Source of the DNA: a virus
Lineage: Duplodnaviria > Caudoviricetes
Virus record (IMG/VR): IMGVR_UViG_3300020045_016612
Coordinates: 1 to 34,302 of that record
Length of the DNA: 34,302 bases
Strand: one strand, 5' to 3'
Part shown: in pieces, positions 34,147 through 34,302 of the stretch
How the letters are laid out: each line of letters begins with the position of its first letter
Position numbering within the stretch: the stretch's first letter is position 1
Position numbers and translations under genes: made by a program
The notes under the pieces: model-generated
Told to the model about the DNA's origin: nothing
What the model saw: the letters and a program-made list of their open reading frames with translations, nothing else
Databases searched by the model: none

Positions 34147-34263
34147 CTAATACAAAGGTACAAAGCAATACCAAAAATAAGCGCCTCTAACAGAAACGGC
34201 AATGCCGCACCCACAGGCGCATCTCCACTTCTTCTTTCGTCTAACAGGCTTTCGGGGGTTCAT
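34147..34263 (-). CDS. possible small Cys-rich protein
   Basis: 38-aa ORF MNPRKPVRRKKKWRCACGCG... Confidence 0.3.
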   Translation of the reverse strand: MNPRKPVRRKKKWRCACGCGIAVSVRGAYFWYCFVPLY

Positions 34264-34302
34264 GGTTTCAAAACCTTAAGACCGCTTGCGCTATAGCACC
34301 CA

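Overview
The window is a partial genome (about 34 kb) of a tailed dsDNA phage with podovirus-like organisation, almost all on the + strand. Gene order: small late-region ORFs, TerS/TerL, portal (apparently missing its middle), scaffold, major capsid, two decoration-type proteins, a three-glycosyltransferase island interrupted by an antisense HNH gene, adaptor, nozzle, fibres, three ejection-type proteins (one ending in a Hint autoprocessing domain), further fibre/LamG proteins, a lysis region (DUF5675 lysin, holin-like genes) containing a stand-alone class III nucleotidyl cyclase, then recombination/early genes. The last ~1.5 kb is in the opposite orientation and holds a replication initiator with iterons. 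The most unusual features are: five structural-module proteins with N-terminal Sec-type signal peptides; the glycosylation island between capsid and neck genes; the phage cyclase; a complete tRNA-Ser(TGA) nested inside the 3' end of a protein-coding ORF; the Hint domain on an ejection protein; and several structured intergenic RNAs. I recognised no integrase, DNA polymerase, reverse transcriptase or CRISPR array. All family calls come from reading motifs by eye, not from database searches.
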